Part shown: in pieces, positions 28,401-38,686 of the stretch
Layout of the letters: every line of letters starts with the position of its first letter
Position numbering within the stretch: position 1 is the stretch's first letter
Virus record (IMG/VR): IMGVR_UViG_2890906962_000004
Span: 28,175 to 92,174 of that record
DNA: 64,000 nt
Source of the DNA: a virus
Taxonomy: Duplodnaviria > Caudoviricetes
Reading direction: 5' to 3' (one strand)
Position numbers and translations under genes: made by a program
The notes under the pieces: model-generated
Told to the model about the DNA's origin: nothing
Seen by the model: the letters and a program-made list of their open reading frames with translations, nothing else
Databases searched by the model: none

Positions 28401-30941
28401 GCTGCTGCACTTAAAGGTCAAGCTAACACGTTCGGACCGACTCAAAGTTTTCAAGGTGGATTAGCATTACCTAGCGCTCCTGGGGGGCAAGCAGCCAGTA
28501 ACGGGCTATTTAATGGTCCGGCTGACGGCTCAGACTATAGCAAGTACAACGTAGAATTACGTACCTGGTGGGGCTTAGCAATCCGTGATACCTGCAACAA
28601 CAAAACGAATATCGTTTTTGATGCACGAACAGGCGATATGGACACGGTAGGTACCGTTAATACGAAAAACCTGAATGTCGCCGGTAACTTTTTAACTCTG
28701 ATTGGCTCTGGCACTTCTAATGCGCAATTAGGCTCAGGCAGTAGCGATATTTATCTCTACAACACCAAAAGCGCTAAACATCTTCAATTGAAAGATGACG
28801 GTACACTACAATACGAAAACCAGATGATTTATCACACTGGTAATAAGCCGAGTATGCAGGAGCTTTTAAACTCCGACGAAACTACTGGTAATCTTCAAAC
28901 TATTTCGACTGGTGATGATCTCAACGACTATAAAACCTGCGGGATGTGGGTGTGTCGCTCGGTCAATACTAATGCAACCAATGCGCCTGTAACCAATGCT
29001 CGCTACAACTTAACCGTCATACATACAGGGGTTTCAGAGAACGGCACGACTCAGATTGCTTATGTGAGTAGCGATGCCGCGCGACCGCGCGTATATGTTC
29101 GCTGCTACTCAAATAAAACGTGGTCACTATGGGTTGATATGGCGTCTAACGTCTTCCCTAATGGCGCGACTGTTAAGCAGAGTTTAACCGTTGATGGCGG
29201 GGACCTGACCGTTAACACCGGCTATTTCCGTGGGATTGATAACTATCACTACCTATATGTGGGTACCCGTTATTCAAACGTGCCTGAATTGGGGACGTGG
29301 GGCGGTTATTTCGGGCTAAAAGACACGAATACCGGTACAACAACGACTAAATTTGAGTCGGGTAAAATCACAACGCTTGGAAACATTCTTGCGGCCAGTG
29401 ATAACTCCATGATCAGCATTGGTAACGATGGTGATTTTGCCCTGGTTAAGAAGTCAGGCACGAAAGCTAAGATAATGGTAGGTAACGGAACACCGTTTAT
29501 CGTTACGCTTTCCAATGCGGCAACCGTTGATCCGAGTAACACGCAAACTGACCTATTCCGTGTCGATACTGACGGCTCAGGAACGTTTAAAAATAACGTA
29601 CAAGTTAACGGTAGTCGCATAACGGTAGTGGGCGCTGGTACATCAAACCTCAACATTGGATCCGGTAGTGCTGACGTTTACCTGCAGAACAGTAAAACGA
29701 ACAAGTTTCTACAGCTGAGCGATGACGGATTTTTACGTTACTCAGGCAGCAAGGTTTACCATGAAGGCAACAAGCCTACGACCGCTGAGCTAGGTTTCTC
29801 GATCGACAACAACCGCTATTACAACGCGAACGATGATAAGCGTAAGTGGGTTCGCGTTGCGATTGTCAATCTTCCTCAAGGTGGTCAATGTGCGTATCTG
29901 ACTATTGTAGGTGGTGCTGGCTATAACGCGGGTTCAAAAGGCCAAGCAGCTAAAACTGAGATTATCTTACGGGCAGGTAACGGCTCGCCGGCCAACTCCA
30001 TTACTGCAGTGGCTTATGTGCAAGGTTCTACTCCGATTGATCCAGCTGGCGGCTTTGGATGGAAATTCATAAGCGGTGATAATTATGAAATTTGGGCCAA
30101 TGTCCGTAATTATACTCAAGGCCATATTGTCGAAGGACGCGCAAGCAGTGGGGTCTTAATTGATTACAGTGACGCTGCACAGGCTGACGAACCTGACGGG
30201 CTTACTGACGGTACCATTTACTACATTCAGTACGATGAAAAAGTAACAATAGACGAAATGTACCCGGTAGGTGCTCCGATTCCGTGGCCTTCTGATTCGT
30301 TACCATCTGATAACTACGCGTTCATGACGGGCCAAACCTTTGATAAGGACAAATACCCTAAACTTACGAAGGCTTACCCTAGCGGCAGTATTCCAGATAT
30401 GCGCGGTAGGACAATTAAAGGCAAGCCAGCGAGCGGAAGAAGTGTACTTTCTTATGAGGATGATGGGAACAAACGCCATGGGCATGGTGGCGGGATTGCA
30501 GGAACCGATTTAGGGACCAAAACTACCTCCGGTGTAGGCGATCATGGGCACCATATGGACTTTTGGACACAAAGCAATGGTGGGCATAGCCACCATATGG
30601 ATTTCTGGACTGAAGGCGGCGGCGGGCACTCACATAGCATACCCGGAAGTATTGTTACTCAAGATGGTAATACACGTGCAGTTTCGGGTGGTAGCGTTGG
30701 TGTGTGGAGTGCGAACAAGCAGACTAGCTCAGTAGGTGACCACGGGCACCACATTAACGCAGATACACAAGGCGGCGGCGATCACGGACACCAAGTAACA
30801 GGTGATACGTGGGGGAGCGGTGGACACTCCCATACAGTCGGTATTGGCTCGCACGGGCACGCATTGACAATAAATGTAGATGGTAATGATGAAGTTACCG
30901 TTAAAAACTTGGCTTTTAATTATATTGTGAGATTGGCATGA
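25425..30941 (+). CDS. long tail fibre protein (P1 gpS-like N-terminus, gp37/Stf-like His-rich tip)
   Basis: [18 protein letters not shown]-terminus; GGTGA...ARNNLGL repeats; [10 protein letters not shown] collar domain; HxH repeats; ends FNYIVRLA. Confidence 0.93.
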   Translation: MATVGFSQDNSLPLMADIQYMEPYASSALNRKFKNILLAGFYSGYIPLPGSGLNVLITSAQSAGGLGTGVASIDTNGFQISVQQNADITVPLAAGKSYIIALQADYQFGTVTNQVDANSTVQASQLVTLDINAKLQSNQIELCRVVIPAGAKQITKAMISTLYRVDRLIGITLSDRIDLADSNTGASSQAVKTAYETAVKYADDNKAAIGVNSDITDLNAIKSLGKNALAIGGYVSINNGMAVTAESRFSSGAFADPFYGRTFAVKVNGGMAVNGDSFFNNALTVKGSVSITNGASIVGDLTVDDVTITGTVVGAMPSRALPTNYADPVWHKIANIPNAGAGANWLTLMLTSGNYGGSQMGHDVLSFTGRNMPVKDTPWTNDVAQKYVNHVQLMVASANGAQIGVVANISGGVYQSFDFYIKAPQWFNGATVSITGGTGYNYYGNNLTSVKAEPTGIQYITPVTVLTTLSPKYDLSQADMNLNSLNLNNPLSVQSGGTGARNATDARNNLGLGSAAVCNIGTSGRNVPLLNSSNTWDTPQTFNDGMKVNDEITSSSANAFRLVSSGNGAILRKDNGSFFFLVATDNNGLGSWNALRPLQISMSTGLLQSSNGQVFGGNTTINDTLTLKNSLAMSSGGTGANNLADARSNLQLDRLRQGDTETQLMSAKGTNYLYVSETSWGCYTAGNGYLALAVGQGGTGATDAAGARNNLGLGSAAVMTSTTANYDGLSGKTTEVANTTQLVQLREAAALKGKENTFTQLQHVPGLDITTAPGGSNGIFGGSGDGASYDKYNLQISSWYGIGLYDTAGKKTNIVFNVRTGGMNMTGNINANALSTDNDINSSGYVITNKEFISKGQNGLRIANGGNGVLLRKDGGTFYILSVADDTNTTTWNTLRPFSIDVASGRVTMANGQILAGGQTLSGNTTINDTLTLANALSISNGGTGAKDAAGARNNLGLGSAALMTTTSASYDGMSGLATEAASTAHLVQLRNAAALKGQANTFGPTQSFQGGLALPSAPGGQAASNGLFNGPADGSDYSKYNVELRTWWGLAIRDTCNNKTNIVFDARTGDMDTVGTVNTKNLNVAGNFLTLIGSGTSNAQLGSGSSDIYLYNTKSAKHLQLKDDGTLQYENQMIYHTGNKPSMQELLNSDETTGNLQTISTGDDLNDYKTCGMWVCRSVNTNATNAPVTNARYNLTVIHTGVSENGTTQIAYVSSDAARPRVYVRCYSNKTWSLWVDMASNVFPNGATVKQSLTVDGGDLTVNTGYFRGIDNYHYLYVGTRYSNVPELGTWGGYFGLKDTNTGTTTTKFESGKITTLGNILAASDNSMISIGNDGDFALVKKSGTKAKIMVGNGTPFIVTLSNAATVDPSNTQTDLFRVDTDGSGTFKNNVQVNGSRITVVGAGTSNLNIGSGSADVYLQNSKTNKFLQLSDDGFLRYSGSKVYHEGNKPTTAELGFSIDNNRYYNANDDKRKWVRVAIVNLPQGGQCAYLTIVGGAGYNAGSKGQAAKTEIILRAGNGSPANSITAVAYVQGSTPIDPAGGFGWKFISGDNYEIWANVRNYTQGHIVEGRASSGVLIDYSDAAQADEPDGLTDGTIYYIQYDEKVTIDEMYPVGAPIPWPSDSLPSDNYAFMTGQTFDKDKYPKLTKAYPSGSIPDMRGRTIKGKPASGRSVLSYEDDGNKRHGHGGGIAGTDLGTKTTSGVGDHGHHMDFWTQSNGGHSHHMDFWTEGGGGHSHSIPGSIVTQDGNTRAVSGGSVGVWSANKQTSSVGDHGHHINADTQGGGDHGHQVTGDTWGSGGHSHTVGIGSHGHALTINVDGNDEVTVKNLAFNYIVRLA

Positions 30942-31516
30942 TGATTGATTTTTCAAGCAAACCCCGAACCTTTACGGTTTTTCATTTTGATGCGCTAACT
31001 AAAGAATATGTTGGCTCGGAAAAGGTTGAAATCCCGCCTCACACGGGATTACCTGCGAATTGCTGTCTCTCAACTCCGCCAAAGGATAAAAAGGACTTCA
31101 TACAAACTTGGGACGGTAAAAAGTGGGGGTACACTGAGGATTACCGAGGCATTGCTATCTTTCAAAAATCGTCTGGTCAAGAGTTAGTGTTACGGGAACT
31201 TGGCCCCATCCCTGATGATTGTGTGACAGAACAGCCCACTAGCCAATTTGTTACCTGGGAGAATGGTAAGTGGGTCGAAGATAAGGGCAAAAAGCTTGAA
31301 GCGCTCACCGAATTAGCTGAACAACGTAAAGTGGCTGAGCTCAATCATGCTCATGGATTGATAAAGCCACTCGAATACGCTGACCAGCTAGACATAGCTA
31401 CGGAGAATGAAAAAGTTAATCTCAAAGCCTTGATGAAACATATTGTTCTAGTCAGTCGTATCAACACGGCAGATCCAGAAAATATAGAATGGCCTGAATT
31501 AACGTTGTCTGCGTAA
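30938..31516 (+). CDS. tail fibre assembly chaperone (Tfa/gpU)
   Basis: [16 protein letters not shown] and IEWPE motifs. Confidence 0.9.
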   Translation: MMIDFSSKPRTFTVFHFDALTKEYVGSEKVEIPPHTGLPANCCLSTPPKDKKDFIQTWDGKKWGYTEDYRGIAIFQKSSGQELVLRELGPIPDDCVTEQPTSQFVTWENGKWVEDKGKKLEALTELAEQRKVAELNHAHGLIKPLEYADQLDIATENEKVNLKALMKHIVLVSRINTADPENIEWPELTLSA

Positions 31517-31535
31517 ATCACTAACTTCCTACGAT
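31513..31535 (+). promoter_or_regulatory. putative late promoter
   Basis: GTAAATCACTAACT-N3-TACGAT. Confidence 0.75.
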
Positions 31536-31570
31536 GCCTCAGCTTATTAACCATAACTGAGGCATTTTTT

Positions 31571-32539
31571 ATGCAAGTAGAAGACAGTCGTTTTGATGCA
31601 AACGGACAAATTCTTGAGTCGCAATGGGTTTTCCTTTACGGCTTTGATTACATGAATGTATTTACAACAGGCTATAACGCCTTTATGACACAAGGCATGG
31701 CATTGCCGCCTGGCACCACACTTATTAGCCCACCAGCTATTGAGGCTGGCAACGCTGCAGTATTTGACGAAACAAGCGGTAAGTGGTCAGTCACACCTGA
31801 TCACCGTGGCGAGTCGGTGTACAACAAGAAAACACAACAACGTACAACCGTTGATTATCTTGGTGACTACCGCTCGGAAGTTACGCCAATTAAACCCGAT
31901 TCGACCTATGACAATTGGGATTATTCAGCGAACGATTGGCGCAAGGATGATGACTATTCAGCCGCGCAACTCCTTGCACAGCAAAAGTCGCAGGTGTCGG
32001 CTGAAAGCGAACGCGCTGATGAAATGATTGCTATCTGTAATGAGCAGCTAGAACTGTCCTATTACAATCCAGGTGAAACAGAGGAATCGATCACCGACAA
32101 GCTTAAATTGTGGAAGCTCTATCATCTGCAGTGTCAGTCATTCCTAAACGGTGCCCTTGCGACCGTTCCTAATGCGCCAGACTCACAGGCATATCAGCAG
32201 CAAGTCGCCCAGGCGAAGGCACAAGCAGAAGCTCAAGCCGCGGCAGAACTACAAGACGAGTTATCGAAAGAGCAGGCAGAGGAACAAGCAAAAGCTGCCG
32301 CTCAGGCTCAGGCAGAAGAACAGGCCCAAGCTGCCGCAAACGCGAAAGCCAAAGCGGAAGCCGCTACAACGGCGAAGGCTCAAGCCGATGCTGACGCAAA
32401 AGCGCAAGCGCAAGCCGAAGCTGATGCTCAGGCAAAAGCTGATGCTCAAGCTAAAGCAGACGCGCAAGCCGCTGCAGACGCTCAAGCTGCCGCTGATGCG
32501 AACGCTAAAACCGATTCAAGCACCCAAGCTTCTAAATAA
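31571..32539 (+). CDS. second Tfa-like protein with a long Ala-rich C-terminal helix
   Basis: LPPGTT..PP, W...DHRGE Tfa motifs, then more than 100 aa of AQAKADA-type repeats. Confidence 0.8.
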   Translation: MQVEDSRFDANGQILESQWVFLYGFDYMNVFTTGYNAFMTQGMALPPGTTLISPPAIEAGNAAVFDETSGKWSVTPDHRGESVYNKKTQQRTTVDYLGDYRSEVTPIKPDSTYDNWDYSANDWRKDDDYSAAQLLAQQKSQVSAESERADEMIAICNEQLELSYYNPGETEESITDKLKLWKLYHLQCQSFLNGALATVPNAPDSQAYQQQVAQAKAQAEAQAAAELQDELSKEQAEEQAKAAAQAQAEEQAQAAANAKAKAEAATTAKAQADADAKAQAQAEADAQAKADAQAKADAQAAADAQAAADANAKTDSSTQASK

Positions 32540-32557
32540 TCGTAATTTCTCTTATTC

Positions 32558-32583
32558 AAGCGCCTTTTCTGGCGCTTTTTTTT
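32558..32583 (+). terminator. intrinsic terminator
   Basis: AAGCGCC-TTTTCT-GGCGCTT followed by a T-run. Confidence 0.75.
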
Positions 32584-32587
32584 ATTC

Positions 32588-32610
32588 GCAAATCTCGCAC
32601 CTCCTAATCT
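32588..32610 (+). promoter_or_regulatory. putative late promoter of the lyd-dar operon
   Basis: GCAAATCTCGCACC-N3-TAATCT. Confidence 0.7.
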
Positions 32611-32643
32611 TTCCGCACTGTTATTTATCTATCAGGAGAGGAA

Positions 32644-32964
32644 GTGACTTTAACAGAGCAGTGGTTACTCCTTGTCGCAGTAGGACTATCAGCGCTTAGC
32701 GGTATCGGCGTTTTTCTTCATGGCGCGCGAGAAGGGCGGATTGATCGCTCTTTTTTCAGTTTAGCCACAGAGATAGTTCTCGCACTGACTGCCGGATTAA
32801 CAGGTTTCTATCTGGCACGTCATTGGGCGCTCGATGAAGGATTGACATTTATCTGCGTACTTGCGGCAAGCAACAACGGGAGGGAAGTGTTAGCTACCCT
32901 CAAATCAAAAATTATTGATGGCATCGGAATGTTGCTATCAAACAATAAGGATGGGAGTGCATGA
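32644..32964 (+). CDS. lydA: holin (LydA-like)
   Basis: Small multi-TM protein, ASNNGRE motif, synteny with hdf-darA. Confidence 0.8.
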   Translation: MTLTEQWLLLVAVGLSALSGIGVFLHGAREGRIDRSFFSLATEIVLALTAGLTGFYLARHWALDEGLTFICVLAASNNGREVLATLKSKIIDGIGMLLSNNKDGSA

Positions 32965-33416
32965 GCAACTACCAAGAGCTAGTTCTATATGGATTAGCAG
33001 TTTTATGCCTGGTTGATCGGTTTATTTTAGGCCGTAAAAAGATTGACCTTATTGATATTGGAGAGCCACAAAACACGTTAGGTAACGCGATAGCGTTTCC
33101 TATCAAGTTGAAGGCAAAAAAAACCAATATCACAGGCGCGCAAGTTGAGTATTGGTTACGTGATAAACGCGACCCGACCACAGTTATCTCAGGAAAAACA
33201 CGCACCTTAGAGTTTACTGAGAAGGGTTCAAGCAGTGAAAACTTGCTTATCGACACGCGTTATCTCGATGCGTCCGATTGGGCGCTTACCGTGAGAATTA
33301 AGCATGGCAATTCACGTATTAACCCCCTTTACCGAGTGTTCCCGATAACGAAGGTCCTCACTAAGCAATTTACCATTACTCAGCAAGCCGGAGTTTTCCA
33401 TGCCACAGCAAGCTAA
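32961..33416 (+). CDS. lydB: antiholin (LydB-like)
   Basis: PTTVISGKTRTL and NPLYRVFP motifs; follows the holin. Confidence 0.8.
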   Translation: MSNYQELVLYGLAVLCLVDRFILGRKKIDLIDIGEPQNTLGNAIAFPIKLKAKKTNITGAQVEYWLRDKRDPTTVISGKTRTLEFTEKGSSSENLLIDTRYLDASDWALTVRIKHGNSRINPLYRVFPITKVLTKQFTITQQAGVFHATAS

Positions 33417-34023
33417 TCACGTCTTATTGGATTATGACCAGCTCAACGCGAGAGGACTGCAGCCTTTAGTCAAAGCGATTACCACGGGCGGCTTTGAAGT
33501 GGCAAAGGTCATTCCAGCCGGCACGAGCCGTAAAAAAGATGGTGTTGCGACCAAGACTTTTTCTCTGGTGGCGATTGATGAACAAGTGATGCAGATCCAG
33601 GTCAACGACACGGGCGACATTTCAGGGGTACGGGTAAACGGCAAAAATGCGCCATTCACTCACGCCACTACCCTTAGCCAAGTCGGACAACAGCTCGCTA
33701 AGCTTTTCTCAACCGGCGCGACCGCGTTTGAAAAGGCAATGGCGAAGAAAATTGCGCGCCAAGCGGCCAAAGATGACGGCGACACACCGAAAAAGCCTGG
33801 TATTAAGTCAAACGTGCAATTACTCAGTGATGCGAAAGCGCGCCGCGATGCCGTAAAGGACGATATTGATAAGACTCAATCACGCCTGACAAGCTCGCAG
33901 CAAAAAGCCAACGACAACGCCTCGCAAATCTCAAAACTTACTCAAGATCTTACAAGCGAAAAAAGCTTAACCAAGCAGTTAAGAGAGCAAATCGCAGATT
34001 TAGAGGGGAAAAATAATGGTTAA
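33400..34023 (+). CDS. hdf: Hdf (DarA-related antirestriction/head protein)
   Basis: DYDQLNARGL, KKDGVATK and QVNDTGDI motifs, coiled-coil C-terminus. Confidence 0.82.
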   Translation: MPQQANHVLLDYDQLNARGLQPLVKAITTGGFEVAKVIPAGTSRKKDGVATKTFSLVAIDEQVMQIQVNDTGDISGVRVNGKNAPFTHATTLSQVGQQLAKLFSTGATAFEKAMAKKIARQAAKDDGDTPKKPGIKSNVQLLSDAKARRDAVKDDIDKTQSRLTSSQQKANDNASQISKLTQDLTSEKSLTKQLREQIADLEGKNNG

Positions 34024-36307
34024 TACTGAACAACGAATTGCCATCCACGGACTAGGCCAATTCGGCTTACAAGCCATCTTTGAAAGTAATAAAAACTATC
34101 ACGCTGCAGTCGAGGAAGACGATAGCGAAGGGCTGTTACTTGAACCTGTCACACTCGAAGAAGTTGAGCACGTCTACTTAGGTCATTGCGAAGTGATCCC
34201 AGGTGATAGCGCTATGTTTGAGGCTATTTCGACTCAGCGGCAGCAACTTGCTACTACAATGCGCGCGTTTACTCGCGTTCTTAATAGTGGCCTTAACGGG
34301 ACCGGCATTTCTGGCGGTGTCGAAAATGCCCCAGGTGGTGATGATTCGGGAACTGTAGTGGGCGGCGCGCAAATCGGCAAGGTTCGCCGTATTGCCGGGG
34401 TACCGGTAATGGCTGCAAAAATCCCTCTTTCTGACGGGCAAAGCACCTCCATTATCTTTCACTCACCTACCAGCAACGGCAAGACTATCGTTAATAGTGA
34501 TCTGCTAGTGGCGTTCCAATTCCTAATCAATAAACGCGATGTTACACACGTAGTCGCGCCGATTGGGGGTAAAGACGTGTCTCTTGCTCAGGTGGCGCAA
34601 GCGCTCTCTAACCTTATCGAAAAAAACTCAGGTAAGTTTAAGAAGCAGCAAGCTATGCAGCAGAAAATGAAGCAGGACACTGACGCGTATCAGAACGAAG
34701 CCGACAAGCTTGAGAATGACCGCGCTAACCTACTGCAGCAGTTTAATGACGCGCAAAAGCAAGTCGATGATACGGCAAGTCAGGTAAGCACTCTTTCTGA
34801 ACAGCTCTCACAGCAAAAGTCGATTAATGCCGACCTGCAAAAGCAACTGGATGCCCTGCAAAATGCGCCGGCACCTGTCCCAAGCCAAAACATTACCGAT
34901 AACCTACGCACCGTGAAAAATGCGATCAACATGGACGGTCAAGCTAAGTTAAGTGATGGCTCAACTATCCGCATTAAAACCGTTGATGACGGCGAAGCGC
35001 ATACCTACGCCATTTTGGAAACGCCGGACGGCAATACGTACCAGGTAGAAGCCAAAGACATGCAGGGCAGTAGCGTGAATGACGCGGTAGGGACGATTTT
35101 TAAAGCCTACCGGGCAGGAAAAGCGGATAAGTACAAGGTAGATCAAGCCGCCGATGCGGTTTCTGATACACCGGCACCAGCGACCGACCCGGAGCCGGAG
35201 CCAGCACCAAAAGCCGATCCAGAACCGGAGCCGGAACCCACCACAACGACTGACCCTGAACCAGAACCAAAAGCGGATCCAGAGCCGGAGCCGAAAGCTG
35301 ACCCGGAGCCAGAACCGGCGACACAGCCAGAAGGATTCCGCTATGCCCTGGTTAACCGTCCGGCAGGTATTGGCGCGGTGCCTGATGGTCAAATTGCTAT
35401 CTTGCCGAAAGATGATAATGACCCGTACAGCCAATATGCGCGTAATGGTGTGATTGTTTACCCGGAGAAGCTGACAGACGAGCAAATGAGCCAGTACGAG
35501 CTCAAATACCTACCTACGCAAGCCGACTACCAGCAATATGCTGAACAGCTCGCACAGGGGCGCTTAGGCGAGTATGCAGAGCAATATCTGGAACTGGCTA
35601 AGGAAGACGTTAATACGTTTACTAAAAATGTCTCATTGCAGTTTAAGAAGGCTTTCCCGAATGTTGCTTACCCGTTAGGCAGTGATGTGAACGTGTTTAT
35701 GACGGATGTAATTGCCGCGCTGACCGATGTTGCACAACCGGATGACGCTAAGCCGGACGATCAGCCACCAGCTGACACCGGAACAGGCACAGACGATAGC
35801 CAGCCGGACCCGATGGACGTTGCACAAGCCAACTTTACTGATATTGCGAACCTCGCAGGGGTAAGCGCTGATTCTGTAGAAAGCTGGTGGACAGCCAACG
35901 GAAGCGGTAACGAAGCGTTAAGCGATCTGAAAGATGCGCTAACGGCCGCACCAAGCACGGCCAATATTGAAGCGCTTAAATCCGCGATCGATTTTGGTAA
36001 TACGTTTAGTGCCGATAACGTCAAGCCTATGCCTGAGCCTGAGCCAACGCCTCAACCAGATAAGACAGGAGATAATGACGTGCCAGAGCTCGACAAGCAG
36101 AGTAATGATGCGATTGCAGCGCTTAAAGCCTTGCTTACCTATCAGTCAGACGACATTAAGGCCATTGGCGAGAAGCTGCAGGAAGCGCAAAACGCCGCTC
36201 AGGCACTTGTTGAGGCCGGAACCTATGAGGATAACGAAAGCCTGGTAAACGATGTGGCTAATAACCTCATTCAGTTAATGGCTGAGATCCAGAAGAAGGG
36301 GGCATAA
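34016..36307 (+). CDS. darA: DarA antirestriction/head protein
   Basis: IPLSDGQS.SIIFHSPT, FLINKRDVTHVVAP and YALVNRPAGIGAVP motifs. Confidence 0.88.
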   Translation: MVNTEQRIAIHGLGQFGLQAIFESNKNYHAAVEEDDSEGLLLEPVTLEEVEHVYLGHCEVIPGDSAMFEAISTQRQQLATTMRAFTRVLNSGLNGTGISGGVENAPGGDDSGTVVGGAQIGKVRRIAGVPVMAAKIPLSDGQSTSIIFHSPTSNGKTIVNSDLLVAFQFLINKRDVTHVVAPIGGKDVSLAQVAQALSNLIEKNSGKFKKQQAMQQKMKQDTDAYQNEADKLENDRANLLQQFNDAQKQVDDTASQVSTLSEQLSQQKSINADLQKQLDALQNAPAPVPSQNITDNLRTVKNAINMDGQAKLSDGSTIRIKTVDDGEAHTYAILETPDGNTYQVEAKDMQGSSVNDAVGTIFKAYRAGKADKYKVDQAADAVSDTPAPATDPEPEPAPKADPEPEPEPTTTTDPEPEPKADPEPEPKADPEPEPATQPEGFRYALVNRPAGIGAVPDGQIAILPKDDNDPYSQYARNGVIVYPEKLTDEQMSQYELKYLPTQADYQQYAEQLAQGRLGEYAEQYLELAKEDVNTFTKNVSLQFKKAFPNVAYPLGSDVNVFMTDVIAALTDVAQPDDAKPDDQPPADTGTGTDDSQPDPMDVAQANFTDIANLAGVSADSVESWWTANGSGNEALSDLKDALTAAPSTANIEALKSAIDFGNTFSADNVKPMPEPEPTPQPDKTGDNDVPELDKQSNDAIAALKALLTYQSDDIKAIGEKLQEAQNAAQALVEAGTYEDNESLVNDVANNLIQLMAEIQKKGA
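35186..35320 (+). repeat. in-frame (D)PEPEPKA repeat linker in darA
   Basis: DPEPEPAPKADPEPEPEPTTTTDPEPEPKADPEPEPKADPEPEP. Confidence 0.85.
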
Positions 36308-36309
36308 CG

Positions 36310-36711
36310 ATGTTAACGGCGATTCAGCGTTTACAAATGGCGGCTCAGGTCAACACGCTAATGGACCAGCAGAAAGACGCTAAGCCAATGGACCGCCTTT
36401 CTATTGCAATTCAGATTAATGACCTGATGACGCAGCTAGGGTATGGTCAATCGGCAACTAATAACGGTGACCAGTCACCACAAAAGGATGATAATCAACC
36501 AGCACCATCACCAGCACCAGAAAATACACAGGCGCCGCAAATTGTGACCGATTTTCTGGCCGGTAAGTACACTAGCGCCACCAAAGATGCCTTTATCACA
36601 GCATTGCGAGGGGTTAAGGATTACGTAGGGACGTTTTTATCTTTTGAGGATGCGAAAGATAGGAGCCAGCAATGGCTTGAGCAAAGCGGTTATCTGTTAA
36701 CAATATCCTGA
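36310..36711 (+). CDS. ddrA: DdrA-like protein
   Basis: Synteny after darA; IVTDFLAGKY motif. Confidence 0.72.
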   Translation: MLTAIQRLQMAAQVNTLMDQQKDAKPMDRLSIAIQINDLMTQLGYGQSATNNGDQSPQKDDNQPAPSPAPENTQAPQIVTDFLAGKYTSATKDAFITALRGVKDYVGTFLSFEDAKDRSQQWLEQSGYLLTIS

Positions 36712-36715
36712 TTTT

Positions 36716-36740
36716 AGAGCCCTCAATAGAGGGCTTTTTT
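36716..36740 (+). terminator. intrinsic terminator
   Basis: AGAGCCCTC-AATA-GAGGGCTTT followed by a T-run. Confidence 0.75.
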
Positions 36741-36875
36741 ATATTAGGATTCGATTACTTGTTGCTCAATATGACTACTCTTTTAGGGCCAGCAAGATCC
36801 GCGTTTTTCGTTTTTGAGACGATTTTATCTAATTTAGCCCCATCTAGTTTAAGGAGGGAGATAAGATTAAACCCA

Positions 36876-37100
36876 TTAGTCATGAGGTGGCCTATCCCAC
36901 CCGATTTCCCTATAGAGATTGATTATATTGATATATTTCGCATTATATGGATGTTTTATTAAGCGATTGAGTGTAGCGATCGGTATCCCTGTCTGTATAG
37001 ACAATTCTTCATAACTTATTTTCAAAGATTTTATTCTGGATTTAATCTTGTTACTGAGTTCTTTCTCCAAGCACACGTTGAACACTCCACGAAATATCAA
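36876..37100 (-). CDS. XRE-family HTH regulator
   Basis: ISYEELSIQTGIPIATLNRL HTH; divergent from fic; start may lie slightly downstream. Confidence 0.72.
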   Translation of the reverse strand: MIFRGVFNVCLEKELSNKIKSRIKSLKISYEELSIQTGIPIATLNRLIKHPYNAKYINIINLYREIGWDRPPHD

Positions 37101-37152
37101 ATATGATACTGATTTTAACTTTATAGCTCTAAAGTATAGTCACTTCTCACTA

Positions 37153-37174
37153 AAAATATCATAAATGATATTTT
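37153..37174. promoter_or_regulatory. palindromic operator between the HTH gene and fic
   Basis: AAAATATCAT-AA-ATGATATTTT perfect inverted repeat; related copy at about 37093-37110. Confidence 0.6.
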
Positions 37175-37245
37175 AACTTCCATTTGCAGCAAGTGAAGAA
37201 AAGCATTACTCTGTTTCAAATATTTCAATTTAACAGGTTTTTGAA

Positions 37246-38637
37246 ATGAGAGCTAAAAAGCCGCCGCGTAAGGATGCAGTCGTCCATGTACATAAGATAA
37301 TGGATGAATTCATGAAATTAGACTCAGATATGTTCAGGAACGGAATTGATTTTGGGCTTAATAGTAAAGGTGAGTATCTTAGCTACTACGATATAACCAA
37401 AAAATATCCCAAGAATGCGAACAACGTCTGGGAAGTGCTAAGACTAACACGTAGCTTTGATAAAACGCATTTACCGTTTAAAGATGCGAATGGAGATCGT
37501 GCTGTTTTTAACCTCACTCAGCTGATGAATAGCATTATCTCGCAAGTAGATAGAATGACAACAAGTGCCGCTATAAGCGAATCGTTAGCTGGTGTGATTG
37601 GTCACAGTCTTTTACTTACCGGATTTGATAGTCTGGAATCTATATCGTCTAGTCAGCTAGAGGGAGCAGCCACAACAACCAAAGTAGCTTTGGATATGCT
37701 TGAGGTGGGTAGGGAGCCAACCAATGAAAGCGAGGTGATGATTGCGCGCAACCATAATCTTATGCAAAAAATCCCTCAAGAAATTGATAACGATTTATCT
37801 TTCGAGCTAATTTTGGAGCTACATTATAGCGCTACCTATGGTATCGACGATAAAAAATACCACCCAGGTAAGTTACGGCAAACCAATGATGTTGTAGTTG
37901 TGGATGCTCAGGATCAAGTAGTTCATCAACCAATAGAATACGATAAAGTTTACGATTATTTGAATCAGCTATGTTCTTGGGTAAATACGCCACACCATAA
38001 ACAGTCAGGAGTTGACTATATTCATCCAGTAATTAAAGCTTGTGTTTTGCACTTTATGATTGGGTGGATTCATCCTTTCAATGATGGAAATGGTAGAACA
38101 GCCAGAGGATTATTTTACTGGTACATGATGAAGATGGGATTTAGTGGCTTTAAGTACCTTTCGATTAGTAAGTACATGAAGCGTTCAGCTACGTCATACG
38201 GTACAGCATATCTAAATAGCGAATACGACCACTTTAACTTAACTTATTTTATTGAATACCATTTAATTCAAATAAGACATGCCATAGAGGGATTCAATGA
38301 TGCTATCAATAAACAAAGAGAAATTATCGCGTATCTAAACGGAGCATACTCTAAAAGCGAAGACCACCAATCGCTTAACCACAGACAGAGAAAAATATTC
38401 ATGTTTGGGCTCCTTAGAGGGGGTGAAACGTTCTCTATACCTTCGATCCAAGCTAGATTTAATGTGGCCTATAATACCGCTAAAACAGACTTGGAAATAT
38501 TAACCAAGCTCCGCATGTTTAAGGTTAAGACCGAAGGAGGTAAGAAATTGTATATCACCCCAAAATCTATCGATCAGTTGGAGAAGTGGACACAGGATAG
38601 CCCCACTCGAATAATGCCAAAAGCAACTGATTGGTAA
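37246..38637 (+). CDS. Fic-domain protein (class II-like, C-terminal HTH)
   Basis: HPFNDGNGRTAR catalytic motif; SSQLEG inhibitory-helix motif; FNVAYNTAKTDL HTH; AT-rich. Confidence 0.9.
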   Translation: MRAKKPPRKDAVVHVHKIMDEFMKLDSDMFRNGIDFGLNSKGEYLSYYDITKKYPKNANNVWEVLRLTRSFDKTHLPFKDANGDRAVFNLTQLMNSIISQVDRMTTSAAISESLAGVIGHSLLLTGFDSLESISSSQLEGAATTTKVALDMLEVGREPTNESEVMIARNHNLMQKIPQEIDNDLSFELILELHYSATYGIDDKKYHPGKLRQTNDVVVVDAQDQVVHQPIEYDKVYDYLNQLCSWVNTPHHKQSGVDYIHPVIKACVLHFMIGWIHPFNDGNGRTARGLFYWYMMKMGFSGFKYLSISKYMKRSATSYGTAYLNSEYDHFNLTYFIEYHLIQIRHAIEGFNDAINKQREIIAYLNGAYSKSEDHQSLNHRQRKIFMFGLLRGGETFSIPSIQARFNVAYNTAKTDLEILTKLRMFKVKTEGGKKLYITPKSIDQLEKWTQDSPTRIMPKATDW

Positions 38638-38656
38638 ATACCGAAGTCCATAACCT
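38634..38656 (+). promoter_or_regulatory. putative late promoter of ddrB
   Basis: GTAAATACCGAAGT-N3-TAACCT. Confidence 0.62.
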
Positions 38657-38686
38657 CAAGCCTCAATTCAACATTGGGGCTTTTTT

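Noticed and set aside
25425-32539. cin/cix inversion system or DGR acting on the fibre
   Set aside because: No serine invertase, inverted fibre cassette, reverse transcriptase or adenine-specific TR/VR pair seen
36759-36962. 67-aa + strand ORF
   Set aside because: TTG start, no recognisable motif, overlaps the HTH gene on the opposite strand
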